From contig OZ024743.1 of the NCBI GenBank assembly GCA_964016885.1, positions 109,492,001-109,556,000 of the forward strand: 64,000 bases of DNA. The letters run 5' to 3'. Source of the stretch: Eledone cirrhosa. Taxonomy: Eukaryota. Both the position numbers and the translations under genes were made by a program. The notes beneath the pieces are model-generated. The model had not been told where the DNA came from. It made no database searches and worked only from the letters and a program-made list of their open reading frames with translations. Positions 41,532-56,106 of this stretch are shown in pieces (position 1 is the stretch's first letter; every line of letters starts with the position of its first letter).

Positions 41532-42218
41532 CACTATTAACGTATAAGTGTGCACTCTGCTTTTCATTTGGTTGGTATCTGAGTGGTGGTGATTCAATTA
41601 AAGCATTGAGTGAGTGACGGAACTTTCGGAGATACACTGGTTCTTCCGATGACTTCGTTTCAATATTATTATTTTAACTCCTAGGATTAGCCGCATGGAA
41701 ATTGTAAGTTGAACACTTTACTCTGATTTATAGTTCGATTTTTATTAATTGTATGCAATTTTGTCTTTGCTTTCTATACTGATGGTCTGGTAGAGTGCTT
41801 CCATGCCTGATTTTTTACATTTTTGAATTTATAAAAATGACCATCGTGTTCCTCATAATAGGGAATATTAGCTTAGCTGCATTTCACTTCGCATGGCACT
41901 GGTAGTGGCACTGAATACTGTAACGGCCATTCAACACCGAATGCAATGGGATATTGTTTGACCTGTTCCGAGGAGGCTACCTAATTTCTGAACATGCCAG
42001 TCCAACATGGGCTGATGTATAGCAGACAGGATAACAGAAACTAATGGCTAGTCCGTTGACAGAGAAGTACATTTGTAACCCACACGAAATCATTTCTTTC
42101 ACTGTTAACGTATAAATGTGCATTCTACTTTCCTTTTTGGTTGGTAGCCTAGTGATACTGGCTTAATTAAAGCATTGAGTGAGTCACAGAACTATCGGAC
42201 ATTTGGAGATACACCGGT
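41532..42218. repeat. ~110 bp diverged direct repeats (41532-41640 / 42100-42218)
   Basis: TTAACGTATAA..TGGTTGGTA..AATTAAAGCATTGAGTGAGT..GGAGATACAC occurs twice. Confidence 0.75.
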
Positions 42219-42302
42219 ATTTCCGATTAATTCGGTTCATTATTACTATTATAATTATAATTGTAATTATTATTATTATTATTATTATATATATATATAT
42301 AG

Positions 42303-42343
<41 letters not shown>

Positions 42344-42354
42344 CATACATACTT

Positions 42355-42412
<58 letters not shown>

Positions 42413-42413
42413 C

Positions 42414-42479
<66 letters not shown>

Positions 42480-43528
42480 TATAATGCAATGAAATATCTA
42501 TGATCGTTGGCAAATCACTGATGAGGGACTCATTTTATAACATGTTATCCATGTGCAACCTGCAGTATTCTTCTCCCCATTTTTTCACATATATATATAT
42601 ATATATATACATACATGTACATATATATATATATGGTTTTAAATCCATTATAATTGATACAGAACCGATGGGCGAAAAATATCAGTCAATAATTTATGAT
42701 AACTGTCGTAATGACCGTTTTTCTAAAAGTGTTATTTTTTTTATAATAACGTACACTCCGAATCCTGTATTACTGATGTGTATGGAATATTCAGATCTGC
42801 GAGACTTCATTTGCTCGAATCAATATATAGCTTGCTTATGGACTGAACATGTATTTGGCTGAGCATTGTGTTGGCATGCGGACCGTTTATGCAAACCTCA
42901 AGTGACCTTAACGTGACACTGTATGTGATACGGTTGATCAATTGAATATCAGGTACAATTCCTAATTACGTGCTTATTCGAGTGGTGCAACATGAAATCA
43001 TGTACCTGTCCATTAAACCATGCATCCTCACTGTATTAATGCGTTAGCAATAATTATATATTGGTCGCTTTGACTCGTTGGAACCCCAGAAAACCCTATG
43101 GGTATCTCTTGATACGTTTCGCTTCATGATTTATCATTCTGGGGTTAATAAAGTTAGATACCAGTCAATTACTAGGTCAATGTCATCGAATGTACTTTTC
43201 TCGAAATGTTATAAATTTTGCCCAAAGAAGGAATCTTTGTCGATAGAATACATTTCCAGTCAATTAGTGAAGACCATATAATTCATCTTTCTGGAATTGA
43301 CAAAATAGAGCGCCAACAACATAATCGACTACTGATTTCCAGTATATTTCTGGTTGTGTATCTACTTTAAACAAAAATATTAGAAGAGTAGGAACAAATG
43401 ACAATGTTTCAATCTGTTTGTTTTACAATGGAATATTTTTATTTGGTTGAATGAATTTTTCCTCCGATTAGATACATGCGTGCCAAAAGCAGTGTTTCAT
43501 GTATCTATTTGAGAATATATATCCGATT

Positions 43529-43906
43529 TATTTCATCATAATATTTAATTGTGCAGTGTATATAGTTTCTTATTGGAGAAGAGACAAGTTTTTCTGACTA
43601 AGGTTTTCGAACTTTGATTGTCATATTGTTTCTACTTGTTGTCACTAAGCCAGCAAATACCCAGTGTATTACTGGTACTATATTTCATCGACCCCGTAAG
43701 GAGGAAAGACAAAGTTAACCTCTGCCTTTCATCCTTACCGGGTCGGTGAAATAATGTACCAGTAATACACTGGGTATTTGCTGGCTTAGTGACAACAAGT
43801 AGAAACAATATGACAATCAAAGTTCGAAAACCTAAGTCAGAAAAACTTGTCTCTTCTCCAATAAAGAAACTATATACACTGCACAATTAAATATTATGAT
43901 GAAATA
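43529..43906. repeat. ~378 bp palindrome centred on GTTAAC inside a SINE
   Basis: Each arm is a SINE 3' half plus ~95 bp of unique flank. Confidence 0.92.
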
Positions 43907-44679
43907 GATTGTCATATTGCCGATTGAATATTGCTATTGAAATTAGCAGGTTCAAATATTGGGTATGTAATTGTTTTTGTTCGTATAATATTGAATGATT
44001 ATCAAGGGTAGTGAAGAGTATTATGGTGTGTGGTGTGTTTCATGTTAGGAGGGTTTGTGTATTTATGGTTATGCCTGTACAGTGTTCAAAATTTAAATGG
44101 AAATGTTTGTATTTGTTTATGTTTTTTTTCATTCAATGCTAAACGTATACATTGCGGCACTAGTGACGTTCCTTGAATTTCGATTGGGATTCAAGTTTCG
44201 TTTATGTGAATAGTTGTCGTATATATGAATATGAGCACTTTGCGAAATGACATTCTTAACCAAACATGAATGGATGTAAATTACCGTAAGACAAATATTC
44301 CAAAGTGTTGTCAACACCTCCTCCTCGTACTAGCTTATACAATGCGGAAATTCGACTTCAGAAGACATAATGGATTACTCCATGACTGATATATATTAGG
44401 TTCCTTTAGAATTTCGTTTAATATGAATTCAGAAAATATAGAGCCGGAATTAACGTATTGTGAGGTTGAAATGTTGTCTGTATTTGCAATCACATTTCCT
44501 TAATCTGGAACAATATTAGTTCTTCATAAATATACAAAGTGTTAGAAAGTATCCAATAGTCATCTCAATTTATTTGACATTGAACCAGAGTTAATATACA
44601 TTACAATATGCAGAAATAATTAACATGTATAGAAACAAATACACCGGAAGTTATCAGATGCCTGTCACCTTTAAACAAA

Positions 44680-46660
44680 TAGGAAAAGATGAATTTACTC
44701 CCATGCCGAATTCACCTCCTCCAATCAATTACAGTTCTTAACAACTATCTTGTCCGCACCAACATGTCCCACCATTCACACGATCTTTTCTTCTCAGCCA
44801 GTCTGACCGCTGTAAGGAAGAATGATGTAGGTGCCTGTCCCATAGCTGTTGGCAAAATCTTCCGACGATTCACAAACGAGATAGCTATCAAGTCAGTCAA
44901 AGATGACATAAGTCAGGTGCGAAGATCTGTTTACCTTGGAATGGGAGTAAAATCTGGATGTGAGTCGGCAGTTGATGCGGTCAGACACTTTCTAGAACAC
45001 ACTCCTTCCTCATTACTGAAACTGGATATACGAAATTCTTTCAGAAGCGTTAGGCGGGATCACATCTTAAAGACGTGTCGTAGTAGAGACCCTTCTATAT
45101 TCCTTCTTGCTCATCTCTAGTACCGAACACCCAACATTGTAAATGGCCGATGACAACGAGCTCACTTCCGCTACGGGTGTCCGGCAAGGAATCAATCTCG
45201 TCCGGCAAGGAATCAATCTCGTCCTGCACATCTTTGTGTTAGCAGTCGACGGAATTGCTCGCTCTGCCCGGACATTCTTCAATGCCTGGTATTTGGAGGA
45301 CGCAACCATAGGTGTCTCGACTGAGTCGGTAATTGAGGAAATTCGGGAAATCAAACAATCTGTAAAGCTCCTCGGACTCGAGATCAACACATCCCATAAA
45401 AGTCCGAGGTGACTTTAGCTATGTTGAAAGCGAATTCCATGACGCCGCACTTAGCATCCATCCAGTTTTTTCTGCGGCCCAGCTGACGCACAGAAACGCG
45501 CGTGCTTTCTCGGCTTTCCAATTCCATGCGGGATTGTATGGAGACCAAGCACGCAGACTTGTTGAGAATGACGGAGGGGTGCACCTAATTGACGTGCTCC
45601 CGGTGCTCTTCCCACTGAGGAACTGCTTCACGCTTCCTTGAGTTTTGTTCACTATTCGTGGGTTGCTTCATTACCCTGTCGCAAATCACTTCAGTGAATT
45701 AGATGCCACCATCAGGTACTGTGCTGAACTCATCTGCAATGCCAGTCTCGAGAGCATCGGCTGGCAACAGTTGAAGCTTCTTGTGAGATACGGTAGCCTC
45801 GGCCTTTGACCTGTCACTGCCAGCCTACCTGTCCAGAATTACCTCCAGTCGCATCCTCGTCAGTGAGGTACTCAGCAAGGCAGCAGAACCTGATTTGAAC
45901 CAAAGACTGGAGCAGAATCACGTGAAGATATCTGCGTGCCCCAGTATACGAATGTCTAACGTAACTAGGACGATATCATGTGCAGGTATTCCTCTAGGCA
46001 AATCGAGTCTGGCTTGGATCAACACGATCTCAACTACTTCCAAACTGCGGGACAAAGCTCAATATGGTGCCCTCTTCATCAACCAGTACCTCACTTGATG
46101 CCGAGTGCGCTCACATCAGTTTAACCCAACACCTCGACCTCCGCATAACTGAGCCTCTTAAATGCCGTTTTGGATTTGTTTTCTATGACTTTGGCAGCAC
46201 CCATTGTCGACATGCAACTCAACGACATAATGAGAACGAGCGTCGACGCAACTGACTTCCGTTACAACTGGAACCAGTGGACCTTGACCGTGCTAGCGGC
46301 AAGCTCCTTGGCGCAACTACTGCCTTAATCTTTGAAGAAGGTAAATCTCTCATTTGGGATGCGACATTATGTGGTGACACGTTCACCGCATCCAAATTAG
46401 GTGCTTCTTCCACAAACCCCTGTATCGCTGCTCGCAATGCCAATCACAGGAGCTTGTCTGCCCGCTTCAACTTTGCATAGGTCACCATCCAGTCCTCGGA
46501 CGTCCTCGCTCTCCAGGTTGTTCACACCTTCGGTAAAATTGAATACATTTCAGACCATCTAAGGAAAGAGCCCCTGGAGCGGGATGGGCTGTTGCAGCGT
46601 GCGTCACTGACCATTGACTGCGGAAATGCATTTGCCATTCCGTCTAGGGGGCGCAGCTGA
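44680..46660 (+). mobile_element. Degenerate CRE-clade non-LTR retrotransposon (RT + restriction-like endonuclease)
   Basis: SASLTAVRK..PIAVG, GVKSGCESAV, LKLDIRNSF, GVRQG, FNAWYLED, GKSLIWDAT..DTF; 21-bp tandem duplication near 45178-45222. Confidence 0.82.
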
Positions 46661-48179
46661 AACACAGCTCTGTGCTTGGTGTAGATTCTGTCCCCCTCTA
46701 CCCTACCTTCTTTCATTCTTCCTTTGACTAGTAGCGCTTGTTCTTACTCTCTTTTTTTGCATTTATAATCCTTACCGAATGCAGCTTTCTTTTTTCTGTA
46801 TGCCAGTAATATGAAGTGGCATTTGGACTTAGAAAATGAGGAGAGTGGGAACACGTCGTATCATTCGTCGAACGATCTAACAAAATGGAAACACTACCGC
46901 GTTAGGCTGGTACTTTATTTGTTAAACGCAAATGTATCAAAGATAAATTTACACTCTGTTGGTCTTGATGTCACTAGAACAGGGGCACAGATAATGCAAA
47001 GTATTGTATCCGACACAATTCTGAAAATTATCTCACATTATTCTTTCTCTAAATTCTCAAACAAACATAATCCTAATTGTTTTTGTTTATTCAAAGTGTA
47101 TAATGGATTTCATTTTAACCGCAGTATATACTAGTAATTATTTCCAATACCAAAATATATGAAAATGAAGCTGGGCTCTATCAGTGTTCGAAGTAACAAT
47201 GCAATAGAACGAATGTATTTAATATGAGACATATAAACATGCATTCTGCATTTCTGCAAAACTATGAAGATTTTATAGAGAAATATCACAAAATACAGGA
47301 ATACTTTTTGAGAATACATTTGGGAATGAATTCCTGGAATGGATTCAAACCCGTTAAAAATCAGGAGATGTGGTTTTAGAATGAATAATTTGAGCTGACA
47401 GGGGAACAAAAAGAATTACGAAACAAGATTAATGAGAAAATAATGAGAAATTTGTTTACTCAAACCTGTGATTAGGTTTTCTCTAAGCTTTAAACGAGTT
47501 GCTTAAGGAAACTGGCAAGCAGAGAGAAATAATTGAGAAACCATCGGGGAAGCCAAGTGGATAAAAGATGCAGATAAAAAAACAAAATAGAGAAAATATT
47601 ATTTTATAGGACAAAAGTTTAGATTTATGTTTAAACGTTGCACATCAGATTTAGATTTAAATCATTCAGAGGATAAGAGGATTGTGCTCCAAGGGAAACT
47701 TTTTGACAAAATACTGCACATGGATAAATTATGATATCTTAGTGAATAGGGATGTCATACATGGCTTCGATAAAGTTATATAAAAACAACCCAATATGGT
47801 ATTAGTCAGGAGCTTAAAGAAGGAATCAATAATGAAAACAATAATAAAGTATGAAATATGAGACCAATAACATAATATTTTAAAAGGTAGTGAATGTTTT
47901 CCATTAAAAATATTTCAGTAATTAATATATCTGTTTGAATAGAGATCAGAAATAGAACCATCATAATATGTTCAACTTCAATTGTTCGTTTGTTGGTCTC
48001 TAATCAGATTTGGATCAGCAGAGCAATATTTTACTGTGAGAAAATATATTCATAGCTAAAAATACGTGTTGCATAACAAATATATTTTCTTATTACTATG
48101 TATACAAAAGATACAAACTATTTTATATCTAAGCGAGAAGCAAACACACCAGACACGAAACAACTATTTTGATATTTTG

Positions 48180-49965
48180 ATAGCATGTTCGGTGAGTCAA
48201 GGGGCGGTAGTGCATTTGAAAAAGGGCTCCATCAAGAGGCACCATAGCTATGAATTCAGGCCAATAACCTTGCTGAACATAGCGTTCAAAATGTTGGCCA
48301 ATGTGTTAAGTACAAGGTTGCCGCTCGTACTCAGTGGTCTGGCAGGGGAGGCGTAAAATGCAGCATTCCGTACAGATTCATCCACATCAACCCCCAACTC
48401 TTGCGATACATCTTGGAGAAGGTGGTTAATGAACCTGGCACGATTGGATCCCTGATAAATAATTAGTTTATTCGAAAGGTTTCCATGGGGTGAAACATCG
48501 CTACAGTCATACATCGCAGTAGTCCTCAAAGCAGCCAACTTCGGACACATTTTCATCTTCTGTCTGGTTAGAACGGACGGTCATCTTTCAGAACAGTTTA
48601 ACAATCCTTGATCCTCCAATATTGTCCCATGCTGTCTCTTTTGCATGTATTGGTTTTCCGACCAATACTACACAAATGGAATCCATTGATTGGTATCCTA
48701 AGCAAACTATTATGTGGAAGATCCATGGCAGCACACACTGACGACGTCTCCGTAGTGGTGTCGAAAAAAAAACACATTGAGATGATCGGTACCGCAGTCA
48801 GTGAGTACGAAGCAGTAAGATGAACAAAGACTAACCAGTGAAATTCGGTGAGCCAGCAGCCAGGCACATAGAAAAGCATGTCCATGTCGTCTAACAACGT
48901 CGTCGGACGCTGGCCGGAGGAACCGGCTAAAGTGTTCGGAATTGGCTTTACCTCTCTCACGAAGAAATGGGCTAAGAGGAAGTTCTTCATAAAAAGGTGG
49001 CACAGAGGGGGTGAACAGATATATCGCGTTCCTCATCTACTACTTCCTGAGCGTCGTGTCTTGAACCGGAAGGGACAGGTTCCAAAGGTGAGACGGTCCA
49101 TTTGCTGTCAGCAGCCGTTGCGTGGAGCATTGGGTATACCGTGACAGCCGAGGCTCAAATATGCGCTGAGATTACGACATCTCCAACTTTAACTTGAAGC
49201 TGAACAGGTGCGGCCACCTCTCGCTAGACAAGATTTCCCCGTCCGTCTTCTTAAAGGAGCTGTAAACCTCAGTGAAGCGACGGCCCTCTGAAACAGAAAT
49301 GTTTTCAAGCGTTCATAGCCCTTAACCAATCGGAAAGTATGATCTATGGAAACTCGACCTTGGCTTTCTATAGAAGGTTAGTGGCGAGAATAAAACGATA
49401 ATCTGCGAGAGACTCTGGGCATTGATGTGTATATGGATATGTTCCAGAAATCCCTGCCTTCGCAGTTCTAGCGAGGAGCTTTGCTATTTCCAGATAAAAT
49501 CTACAGGCATGGGAATGCCGTCAGCCGAACATGAGTATTCAAGTGTCCGTTTATTAATGGCTTGTGTGTTTATGTCGAACATTTGATGTCACGCGTGTGA
49601 CATCTAACTATCAACTGAGAACATTGCGATGATCGTCTCGCCGTCTTACTTGAGACGAAATATGCCGTGTGGTTGTCATGTTTGAAAGGGTTGAAGTTTC
49701 CTCTTCGGCATAGACCTAATTAACTTTTTGGGGATTCAGTTTGTAGACGAAAATCAGGGTGGAAAGGGAAGTGCTGCCCTCGAAGCAGTTTGTTGTAATT
49801 TGGGTGAGAGGGGTAAGCATAGTCTGAGTGAATTCGCTTTCCTTGAGTATACGCCTGTATTTTGGAAAGGTACGTTTCGTAGAGGGAATGTGCCTTAGCG
49901 GTCGTGATGATCGTGGCTCTTTGTAAGCTTTCTCCTCGAGCGAACTTCAGATTTTCCAGATTTCT
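48180..49965 (+). mobile_element. Old degenerate Tx1/L1-like LINE, 3' half
   Basis: FRPITLLNIAFKMLANVL, AHTDDVSV, VRRSICCQQPLRGALGIP; colinear with the 50017-55620 family. Confidence 0.8.
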
Positions 49966-50016
49966 ACGGAATTTGTGCTTTCATTTGAAAAAAAAAAAAT
50001 AATAATAATAATAATG

Positions 50017-53000
50017 GTTTCTTTATTGGCCACAAGGGCTAACACGAAGAAAAACATTAGATACGGCACATAATAGTACAAGACGATATAAATTGGGTTT
50101 TGGTCGTGCAAACAGGTTATAACAATATCGGGCTAGGAACCAAATTAATTAAAACAACAAAAATCCCCCAAAAAGGGGGAAACTTCCGAGGGTCACACTG
50201 GGCGAAAACCACACAGAAAGGCCACAGCCACCCTGACCACCAGGGCAAGCACCCTCTCTCAGTTTTCTCACTCCTCAGTCTACAGGCGCATACTAAAAGC
50301 GGGCCCGTTCCCTCAGACCAGACTCGCTACTTTCACCCACCTTTCAACAAACTTACTAGAAGACAGCACTTGCCAGTCCACCTTGATTTTCCTCTTCAAG
50401 TGAAACTTGAAAAAGTTAATCAGCGATTGGCCGAAGAGGAAAGTGTCCGTCTTCAACCCTTCAACCGTGTCCACCACACAATCTCTTTGGCCACCAGGAA
50501 GATGAAAACTTCCTGCCATTCCTCCTCTTTAAAGGAGGATGGCGGGGTTATCTGCACAATGGACTCAGTTAATAACCGGATCCGTCCTACACGCGACAGC
50601 AGCTGTTCGACATAGCTCCACAAGTCAGCAATCCTCGGGCAATGAACAAGTGCGTGCAGGACGGTTTCGTCGCCCTGCACGCATCTCGGACAGGCTCGGC
50701 TGACAGCACCTCCGTGACTGTAAAGCTTATCCCGAACCGGCAACGCTCCCCAGTAGCACGGCCAGGCCAGGGATTTCTGGAAGTTGTCCATAGACCCCGG
50801 TCTGAAAGTTGTCATGAAGAGAGCGAACAGCTGATCGTCTTCGAACCCCAGGGTCTACCCGAGAACGTCGTTGCACTTTCTCTCACTAGCACTCTGTTGA
50901 ACGCCGAGGTGGATGTTCCACCGAAACTAGTGCCCAGATGGTAGAGGACGGTGAGCGCTTGGAGACATTCCAGCTTCCAAGCGCTATCCCTCGTTCTTTT
51001 CCTGATCCAGAACAGTAACTCCGTCAAGGAGACGAAATGGGGAAAAGCGCGTCTGGAAAACGGCGACCACACCTGTTCACCTTCAAGGAAGCAGCATAGA
51101 TGTCGCAGCCTCAGCGCATGTTTACGCTTTATCAGGCACGGCATGCCCAGTCCTCCATGCAACGGGAGTTCACAGCAAATGGTTCGTCTGACCACGGGAG
51201 CACGTCCCTTTCACAAAAGGCGGAAGAGAAGGCGCTCCATTTTGGTCAGAGTTGGGTGGGAGCAAGGTACGACGGTCAGGCGGTAGCAGATGACGGACGC
51301 TATGTACGCATTCACCACCTCCACCCGACCTTTCAGAGACAGCCACCACCGGCCCATTTCTGGCTGAGAGAGGTCAACCTGCTCGTCTCCTCGCTACAGT
51401 TTTTCTCCACCTGGAGGTCCGGACCGAACCAGACTCCGAGCAATTTAACCGGTCCTTCAGTCCAGCGCCCACTACGCTGTCGGACGGCATGGACGTGACT
51501 CTCCAGATGCCGAGTTGCAAGCGCACCGTCTTTTCATGTCACTGCTTTGTATTGCTTGAGAGCAGTGCCGAGCATCTGGACGTGTTTGGTGCTCGACACC
51601 ACTACGGTGATGCCGTTGCGGTAAGGTGATACGGATCTCCCGCTTCCCAGTTCGCGTGGGACCCCCCTCATCGTCTCCAATTTGTGCAGTAACGGCTCTA
51701 GGGCCAGTATCTTCAAGAGGTACGAGAGGGGGCAACCCTGGCTGACCGAACGCATGATGCTGAAAGGCTGCCACCAGTGACCATTAACTCTCACAATCGA
51801 GCAGCAATCCAGCCCCTAAAAACGGGCGCGAAGCTGGCCGCCTTGAGTACCGCAGCCAAGTCCCTTTGGTCGACGCTATCAAATGCTTTAGATTGATCAA
51901 AGTTGATCCGGGCCCCACACGTGCCAGGTTGCTTAACCACCCTTTCTATGATATATCGCATGAGATGGTGATTGTCGTGGATGGATCTGTCCGGAATGGC
52001 GAATGTCTGCGCCCCTCCCACCAGATCACAGACGACAAGCACCATTCTCTTTGCTAACACCTTGGTCACAATCTTAAACTGTGCGTTTAGCAGAGATATG
52101 GGCCTGAAATTGTCTATAACGTCCCCCTTGGTCGGGTCTTCTCTCAACAGCGCTACTGCTCCCCATCACAAAACGGGGAATGCTCCCGTTCTGCAGCCAG
52201 TTTCAGTAGACATCTGCCAAGAGGTCGCCGAACAAGTCTGGCATATACGCATGAAGTCCGTAGGGCAGACCATTCAAACCTGGGGATTTACCCCTCGTGC
52301 AGTCAGACATCAAGCCCAGTATTTCACCTGCTGTTATCGGCTTTTCGTGTCACTGCTTTGCGGTCATTGAGAGCCGCGGCAGTCTGTCGAGTTATGCACC
52401 GAAGTCCATACTCTGAACCGGCCCGCTGCCGCTCCCGAACTATTGAGCAAAGTGCTGTTGAAAAGCCGCACACATCTGCTCGGGTTCTAGCAACATGCGC
52501 CCGTTTGTATCAGGCAAATACCGAATTGTGGTCTTGTTGCTACGTCGCGCCCCTCATCACCCGGGCCCATTGAACGGCTTCGTCCCCTCGTGCCTAAGAG
52601 CACGCGCTCTAGCTCTGACAACGCAGCCTTCATGCTTTGCGTTGAAGATTCGGTCGAGTGCCAATCTCGCCGCATGCATGTCGGTTGCGATGCCTGTCCT
52701 AAACGCCACTTCTAGCTTTCTAACTAACTCTCCCACTACTCTATTTTCCTCTATCAATACTCCTTGCTAAACCTTATCGATTCGACCCTAATAGCCCTTT
52801 TCAGGGTAAACCACCACCTGTTGTTGACGATCGTACCCGCCAACCACGCTTAACTATTTCGCTAATCCGGTTTCTGTAAGCTTTGCGCGCCGGGAACGAC
52901 GCGTTCAGCTTCCTGTAGCCGGGCCCTTGCCTATGAAGTCGACCTAAGTCAACTTCAAAGATCAATAAATTGTGGTCCGTGTAGTCGACTACTTTAAATT

Positions 53001-55620
53001 CTGGACAACCGACATGAGCCTTATCTGTTTCCCTACAGAATACCCTTACTAAATACGATCAGGATGACACAATGCGGTTTGCCAATGTCCATATTGGCAC
53101 ATTCGGATACTCCATGCTATACCTGTCAAACAGTTCAACACGTCTGAGCAGGTTTTTGAGGATTTTACACCCTCCTGCCCAGTGTTCTAGTCCCACATAA
53201 TCTCAGCGTGCATCTAAGATACCGTTCCAGTCGCCCACTAACACTAAAGAGCCGGACGTTCCAAGAAAGATATCTAGACGTCGGAAGAAATCTGGCCGTC
53301 CTGCCTCCGTTGGGGCGTAAACGGCTACTAGCCTGAAAGCATTGCCTTCGCTGTCAGTCACGTCAACCACCACCGACTTACCTTCTGGGTCCAGGAATAT
53401 GGCCCGTATGGCGAGATCTAAGCCTCTCCGAAAAAGCACGGCAACACCTCCCCCGATCCTGGACGGTTGGGAGATGCGTATAACTCGTAGCCGCTGAAGA
53501 TCGGTGCGAAGGCTCGTGATTCGTAGATTCTGGTCTCGCTGATGGCCAGCACATCTGTGTTTAGTGACCCGAGGTCGTTGAGCAGGTAAACCTGCTTCCA
53601 AGATGACCCCAGGCCACGTACATTTATACTGCCTATCCTAAGAACGGTCATGTTGGATGAGAAACGGGGTAAGGGAGAAAGGATCACTTACCTTGATCGT
53701 GTGGTGAAGGGACAATAGAACCATCCCTTCGGCTGGTCATGGGTGTTTCCAAGAGGATGTGGGTGTATATCTTATTGGTAACCGACCTTCTTAATTCTCC
53801 AACTGCGTTGGGGAATTTTTCTTTTAGCAGTTCGTAATTTTCTATTTTGATTTCAATTATGTTTATGTTTTTCGGGAGAGTTCTTGGTGTTGGTGGGGTG
53901 TAGTTGACTCTTTTCTGTTATGTCTGTGTGCTGATTTATATGTTGTAAGAATTCTTTATTTTCCATGTATATGGCTGTGTACATTTGGTGGGGAGGGGTG
54001 ATTTTGTTGTTGTTTAATTGTTGTTGCTGAGGGTGTGTGTGTTTTGTTGTGTTTGCGATGTTAGTGTTTTTGGTGATGCTGGTGGCAGTGTGGTTCTTGT
54101 TGGTGGTGATGGTGACGGTAGTGGTGTTGCTGCAAGTCTCCTTGCAGCCTTTACCCCTCTTTGATTGCCTTCGTTTAGGAGGGTGAAGCTAAGGGGTTTT
54201 TCCTTTTTTGTTTTTTGTGGCAGACCGTTTGCCACTGCCATCCCGCCTTACACTCCATGTCGGATTCCGTGGCGTCTGGGTGGGGTATGATATCCACTGC
54301 TGTTGGAGGTGGTAGAGGAGCCCGCTCCGGCGATATTGCCACCGGTGTAGCTACTGCGACTGTTGGAGTTGCTACCACTGCTGCCTCTGCTTTAGTTGTC
54401 CGTAGCCTTGGTATGGGTCCCACGGACGTTGTCCTCCTACTCACCATGGAAGGGTCTTCTGCTTCTGTTGCCTACCCTGCCCTTGGTTACTGCGGATCAG
54501 GTGTCGGAAGGAGGGGGGCCCTCTTTTTGGATGTATTCTGCGGGCAGAATGCCCTGAGGTGATGCTTCTGCTGACAGAGATGGCACATTGGACGCCTTGC
54601 TTCCACGCTTAGAGGGTGTTGGAATCCTTCTTCGAGGTGTATGAAGTCTGGGATGGCATCGATGCACTCTTGGTCAGTCTGTATTAGCATTTACATGCCT
54701 ATTCCTGACCAGTTCTCTCTTCCCATTCTCTGTATTTGCACTATGGTGGACTTCTCCTCGATTCCAGCCTGTACAGACACGGCCAGCCAATATATGGGCA
54801 CACGTGTAGGACCTGGGTGACTCTGACTCTCATAATTTTCTGCCCGCAGTAGGAGGGCACCTAGACTATCTCCTCACTCTTTGGGGTTTCCCAATAGTGA
54901 GACTTCACCCCTTGGTGGTTGGCGAAATGTCCGTCTACTCTGGCGTACTTTTTGCCTCGGGTGATTTGGGTTTTGCGCGCCCAGACGCACCCAAGGCTTT
55001 TTGGATTTGAGCTTCCGTGGCTATCTCCACTCGATGTGACGTTTTGCTTACAGTGCGGTAAGTCACGGTGCGCAGCTGCTGGTCTTTGAAGAAATCGGGT
55101 GGAGGTTTCAGGGAAACTCTATTGTCGTTTCTTGATACCATAGCCCTTGCGACTGCCTTCTCCGCCTCCGTGACTAGCACTGACTCTATATTTTGGGCCA
55201 CACCTGCGAAAGAAGTGGCCCCTTTTTTCAGCGGCACCATTATTGCTGCCGCTACTGCTGCAATTGGTCTTGTTGTTGGTGCTGTTGCTGTTGCTACTGC
55301 TACAAATGGTGTTGTTGGTGTTGTTGCTGATATCCACGTTCTAGTTGGTTGTGCTTTTGGTGCCACCGTTGTTGTTGTTTCCGGTGCAATTTGTATTGTT
55401 GCTGCTTGTGTTGTCGTTGTTTATTTTCTTGTTAGGAGTGTTAATATCGTTGATGCATTTGTTGTCATATTTTTTCTGTTGTCTGTATTTTGGTTGACGC
55501 TGTTATTGTTGTAGTTGGTGTGGTAATTGTTTTAAAATTAGTGTTCTCAGTGTTGTCTTTGTTCACGTTGTTTATGGTGGTGTTTGATATATGAATTTCA
55601 CTAACCCTCCTCTCAACGTT
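50017..55620 (-). mobile_element. Near full-length Tx1/L1-clade LINE (ORF1 + APE-RT ORF2), disrupted
   Basis: ORF1 with CCHC knuckle CHLCQQKHHLRAFC (54487-54690); APE (IGSINVRGL, AISET, VYAP, LVGDWN); RT (FRPISLLN, FDQSKAFD, SVSQGCPLS); C-terminal CPRC..ETVLHALVHC; 3' end in (AAT)n. Confidence 0.92.
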
Positions 55621-55896
55621 TACTCCGTTGTTACACGACAGCAGACATATTGTTGGGGGCATGACGAAGCTATGTTTTTTTTTAATTTTCAAAAGTAAAA
55701 TGTTGAAATATTGTTCAAATATTTGGGCCAAAAGCCCCAAATATTATACTTTCCCCTTGACAGGGCAAAGTCCAAGGGCGTATATCACTTACACAACAAG
55801 AAATATTTAACAACAAATGATTAAAACAGGTAAATAAAGCGACTTACTGGGTGAGATCAAAGAAGACGTCCGAACAGACCAATAATAATAATAATA

Positions 55897-56082
55897 ATTT
55901 CTACTTTAGGCACAAAGCCAGCAATAACCCAGTGCATTACTGGTACTTTATTTTATCGACCCTGTAAGGATGAAGGGCAAAGTCAACCTCGGCCTGATTC
56001 GAACTCAAATCGTAAAGGGACGTAACTATGCTGGAAAGCATGGCGTGCGACCCTCTACCGATACTGCCAAACCACCGCCCTG
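55897..56082 (-). mobile_element. tRNA-derived SINE, full length, flanked by (AAT)n
   Basis: Reverse complement has a GGCGGTGGTTTGGCAGTATCGGTAGAG head, GAGTTCGAATC B-box, core and tail. Confidence 0.9.
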
Positions 56083-56106
56083 CTAATAATAATAATAATA
56101 ATAATT

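Noticed and set aside
47131-47415. Strong minus-strand acceptor-like TTCTTTTTGTTCCCCTGTCAG with a 92-aa ORF
   Set aside because: No recognisable protein or donor site; insufficient support.
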